DNA from: Candidatus Saganbacteria bacterium | Lineage (GTDB): Bacteria; Margulisbacteria; WOR-1; JAKLHX01 | DNA: 32,000 nucleotides | Assembly (NCBI GenBank): GCA_026387835.1 | Contig: JAPLKZ010000011.1 | Location: 54,082-86,081 of the forward strand | Direction of reading: 5' to 3' | Shown: positions 30,219 through 32,000 of the stretch, piece by piece | How positions within the stretch are numbered: position 1 is the stretch's first letter | How the letters are laid out: every line of letters starts with the position of its first letter | Notes under the pieces: generated by a model | The model's input: the letters and a program-made list of their open reading frames with translations, nothing else | Databases searched by the model: none | What the model was told of the DNA's origin: nothing | Position numbers and translations under genes: made by a program

Positions 30219-31099
30219 TCAGGCCGCGGCAATTTTACCGCAGGCTTTTTGCGAAACGATGTCCAGGCATGCCTGGGATTCCCTCACCAGATCGTTGATA
30301 ATATCAGCGGCCGGCCTGATGCGCCTGTCTTTGATCCTGCAGACTCTTTCTCCCGAAAAGACGAGGCCGTTGTCGACATCTCCTTTTTGGGATTTCTTAA
30401 GCACGTCAAATATGCAGTACTGCTTCGAGCAGTTTTTCAGGCAGTCATCGCAATAGGGGATGTCCGGATAAATGCCTTTGTCCATATTTTCCGTAAGCTT
30501 TGTTATAAGAGCCCTTCCTGGAAGGCCCACGGGACTTTTGATTATGATCACATCCTCTGGCTTTGTCGCTCTCTGGTGGACCGCTTTGTACTCGGGCGCG
30601 GCGTTACATTCCTCGGCCAGGATAAAACTCGTGGCTATCTGCACTCCGTCGGCGCCGAGACTTATCATCTTCGCGATCCTTTCGCCGTCGGTTATGCCTC
30701 CTGCCGCGATGACAGGGATATCGGACACGGCTTCTTTGACTTCTTTTAAAAGAGTCTCCGTGTCCTTATCAAGGGTGCCGAGATGTCCCTGGAAAAGCCC
30801 GCTCCGGAAGTAATAAAGTCGATCTTTTCCCTTATGGCGGTGTTGACGATCCCGAGAAAATCTTTCGCGGCATAAAGGATGTTGATCCCGATTATGCCGC
30901 CATTGGCTATCTTCCTTGCGATCCTTATCTCGTTGGCGAGCTCATCATGCTCCATTCCCGAGGCGCCAATGACACCAACGGCGCCGGTAGCGGCCACAGA
31001 GCCCGCGAGCTTTCCGGTGGATATCCTTATGGACATCCCTCCCTGTATGATCGGTATTTTTGCTACCAGATCGCCGATTTTAAGTTCCGGCAGTTTCAT
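30219..31099 (-). pseudogene. FabK / nitronate-monooxygenase-family enoyl-ACP reductase II-like gene, split into two frames with a central segment apparently missing
   Basis: The N-terminal ORF 31099-30746 (MKLPELKIGDLVAKIPIIQGGM...GIIGINILYAAKDFLGIVNTAIREKIDFITSGAGF) stops after a 15-codon out-of-family tail. The C-terminal ORF (track 30728-30219) is open further upstream in another frame: ...LFQGHLGTLDKDTETLLKEVKEAVSDIPVIAAGGITDGERIAKMISLGADGVQIATSF. The frames cross at ~30786-30812. Confidence 0.6.
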
Positions 31100-31165
31100 A
31101 ATAAATAATACGGCCGACAGAACGTTTTTTAGTAAAACGCGTTGCCGAACGTCCTTAATGGGCCT

Positions 31166-31417
31166 TTAATTCTTGGAATGGGACATTACATACGTGACCG
31201 TGTCCCCGACAGTCTTTATCTTTTCGGCTTCCTCGTCAGGTATCTCAAGACCGAAAGATTCTTCAAGAGCCATGACCAGCTCTACGGTATCAAGGGAATC
31301 AGCTCCCAGGTCGTCGACAAAGGAAGCGGTCTTTGTCACCTCCGCGTCGCTCACCCCGAGCTGTTCAACGACTACTTTCTTAACGTCCTCAAATACTTTC
31401 TGTTCATCAAGTGCCAA
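31166..31417 (-). CDS. acpP: Acyl carrier protein
   Basis: 83 aa with a TTG start and SD gggggtg. Phosphopantetheine attachment motif: [19 protein letters not shown]. Confidence 0.92.
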   Translation of the reverse strand: MALDEQKVFEDVKKVVVEQLGVSDAEVTKTASFVDDLGADSLDTVELVMALEESFGLEIPDEEAEKIKTVGDTVTYVMSHSKN

Positions 31418-31451
31418 TTAACTCACCCCCTTTTAACTATTTGACTTTCCC

Positions 31452-32000
31452 TTACATGTACATCCCGCCGTTGACGTTGATGACCTGGCCGGTCACGTAT
31501 CCCGCGTCGGACGCGAGATAGACAACAGCTTTAGCAACGTCACGGGGCAGGCCCAGAGAGCCCATCGGAATCTGAGCCTTAAGTTTTTCCTGGATATCGG
31601 CTGGCAGTTTTTTTGTCATCTCGGTGTCGATGAAGCCTGGCGCGACCGCGTTGACCGTAATCCCGCGGCTGGCAAGCTCTCTTGCCGCTGTCTTTGTCAG
31701 GGCGATCACTCCGCCTTTTGAAGCGGAATAATTGGCCTGCCCCGCGTTCCCCATCTCCCCGACGATGGAAGCGATATTTATTATCCTGCCGGACCTTTGT
31801 TTCATCATAACAGGGGAGACAGCCTTGATGCCGTTGAAAACGCTTTTTAGATTGACATCAAGCACCAGGTCCCAGTCTTCTTCTTTCATCCTCATTATCA
31901 GGCCGTCCCGCGTTATTCCGGCGTTATTTACCAGGATATCGATCTTTGCGAACTGGGAATGGACCGATTTGACCGCTTCTTCGAACTCTTTTGTGTCAGC
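31452..32000 (-). CDS. fabG: 3-oxoacyl-ACP reductase, 3' part; the 5' end lies beyond the right edge
   Basis: The reverse frame is open from base 32000 (183 codons): [43 protein letters not shown]...ANYSASKGG...[12 protein letters not shown]...[12 protein letters not shown]. It carries the SDR motifs NNAG and YxxxK. The track ORF (31452-31895) is only the part after an internal Met. Confidence 0.9.
   Translation of the reverse strand, partial: ADTKEFEEAVKSVHSQFAKIDILVNNAGITRDGLIMRMKEEDWDLVLDVNLKSVFNGIKAVSPVMMKQRSGRIINIASIVGEMGNAGQANYSASKGGVIALTKTAARELASRGITVNAVAPGFIDTEMTKKLPADIQEKLKAQIPMGSLGLPRDVAKAVVYLASDAGYVTGQVINVNGGMYM

Overview
The window looks like part of an uncultivated diderm bacterium: outer-membrane proteins with signal peptides, one ending in a C-terminal Phe. 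I saw no rRNA, tRNA, CRISPR array, transposase or integrase. Contents from left to right follow. (1) Minus-strand envelope-glycan genes: a truncated UDP-GlcNAc 2-epimerase-like gene and a GT2. (2) A tightly packed plus-strand beta-mannan-type operon: GH2 beta-mannosidase-like, two ABC sugar permeases and two GH26 paralogs. It has no binding-protein or ATPase gene, and the MalG-type permease carries a ~315-aa seven-blade propeller in its first periplasmic loop. (3) Behind a near-consensus sigma70 promoter, a ~7.8 kb operon that I read as a non-canonical surface-fibre or chaperone-usher-like system. Its genes are a lectin-like secreted protein, three paralogous pilin-like subunits, a two-Ig-domain periplasmic protein, an 816-aa OM barrel with a CpaC-type N-domain and SdrD-B-like C-domains, and a secreted subtilase. 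(4) A convergent 1342-aa repeat-rich outer-membrane protein. (5) A DUF4143-type AAA ATPase bracketed by ~45-bp direct repeats. (6) Two paralogous modules of promoter, acyl-handling enzyme and 7TM-GAF-histidine kinase. The enzymes are a hotdog thioesterase and an alpha-oxoamine synthase, which recalls CqsA/CqsS-type signalling. The second kinase has lost its phospho-acceptor His, and a 48-codon ORF is translationally coupled to it. (7) A minus-strand fab cluster (fabF, a disrupted FabK-like gene, acpP, partial fabG). All family assignments come from motif recognition by eye. No searches were run.
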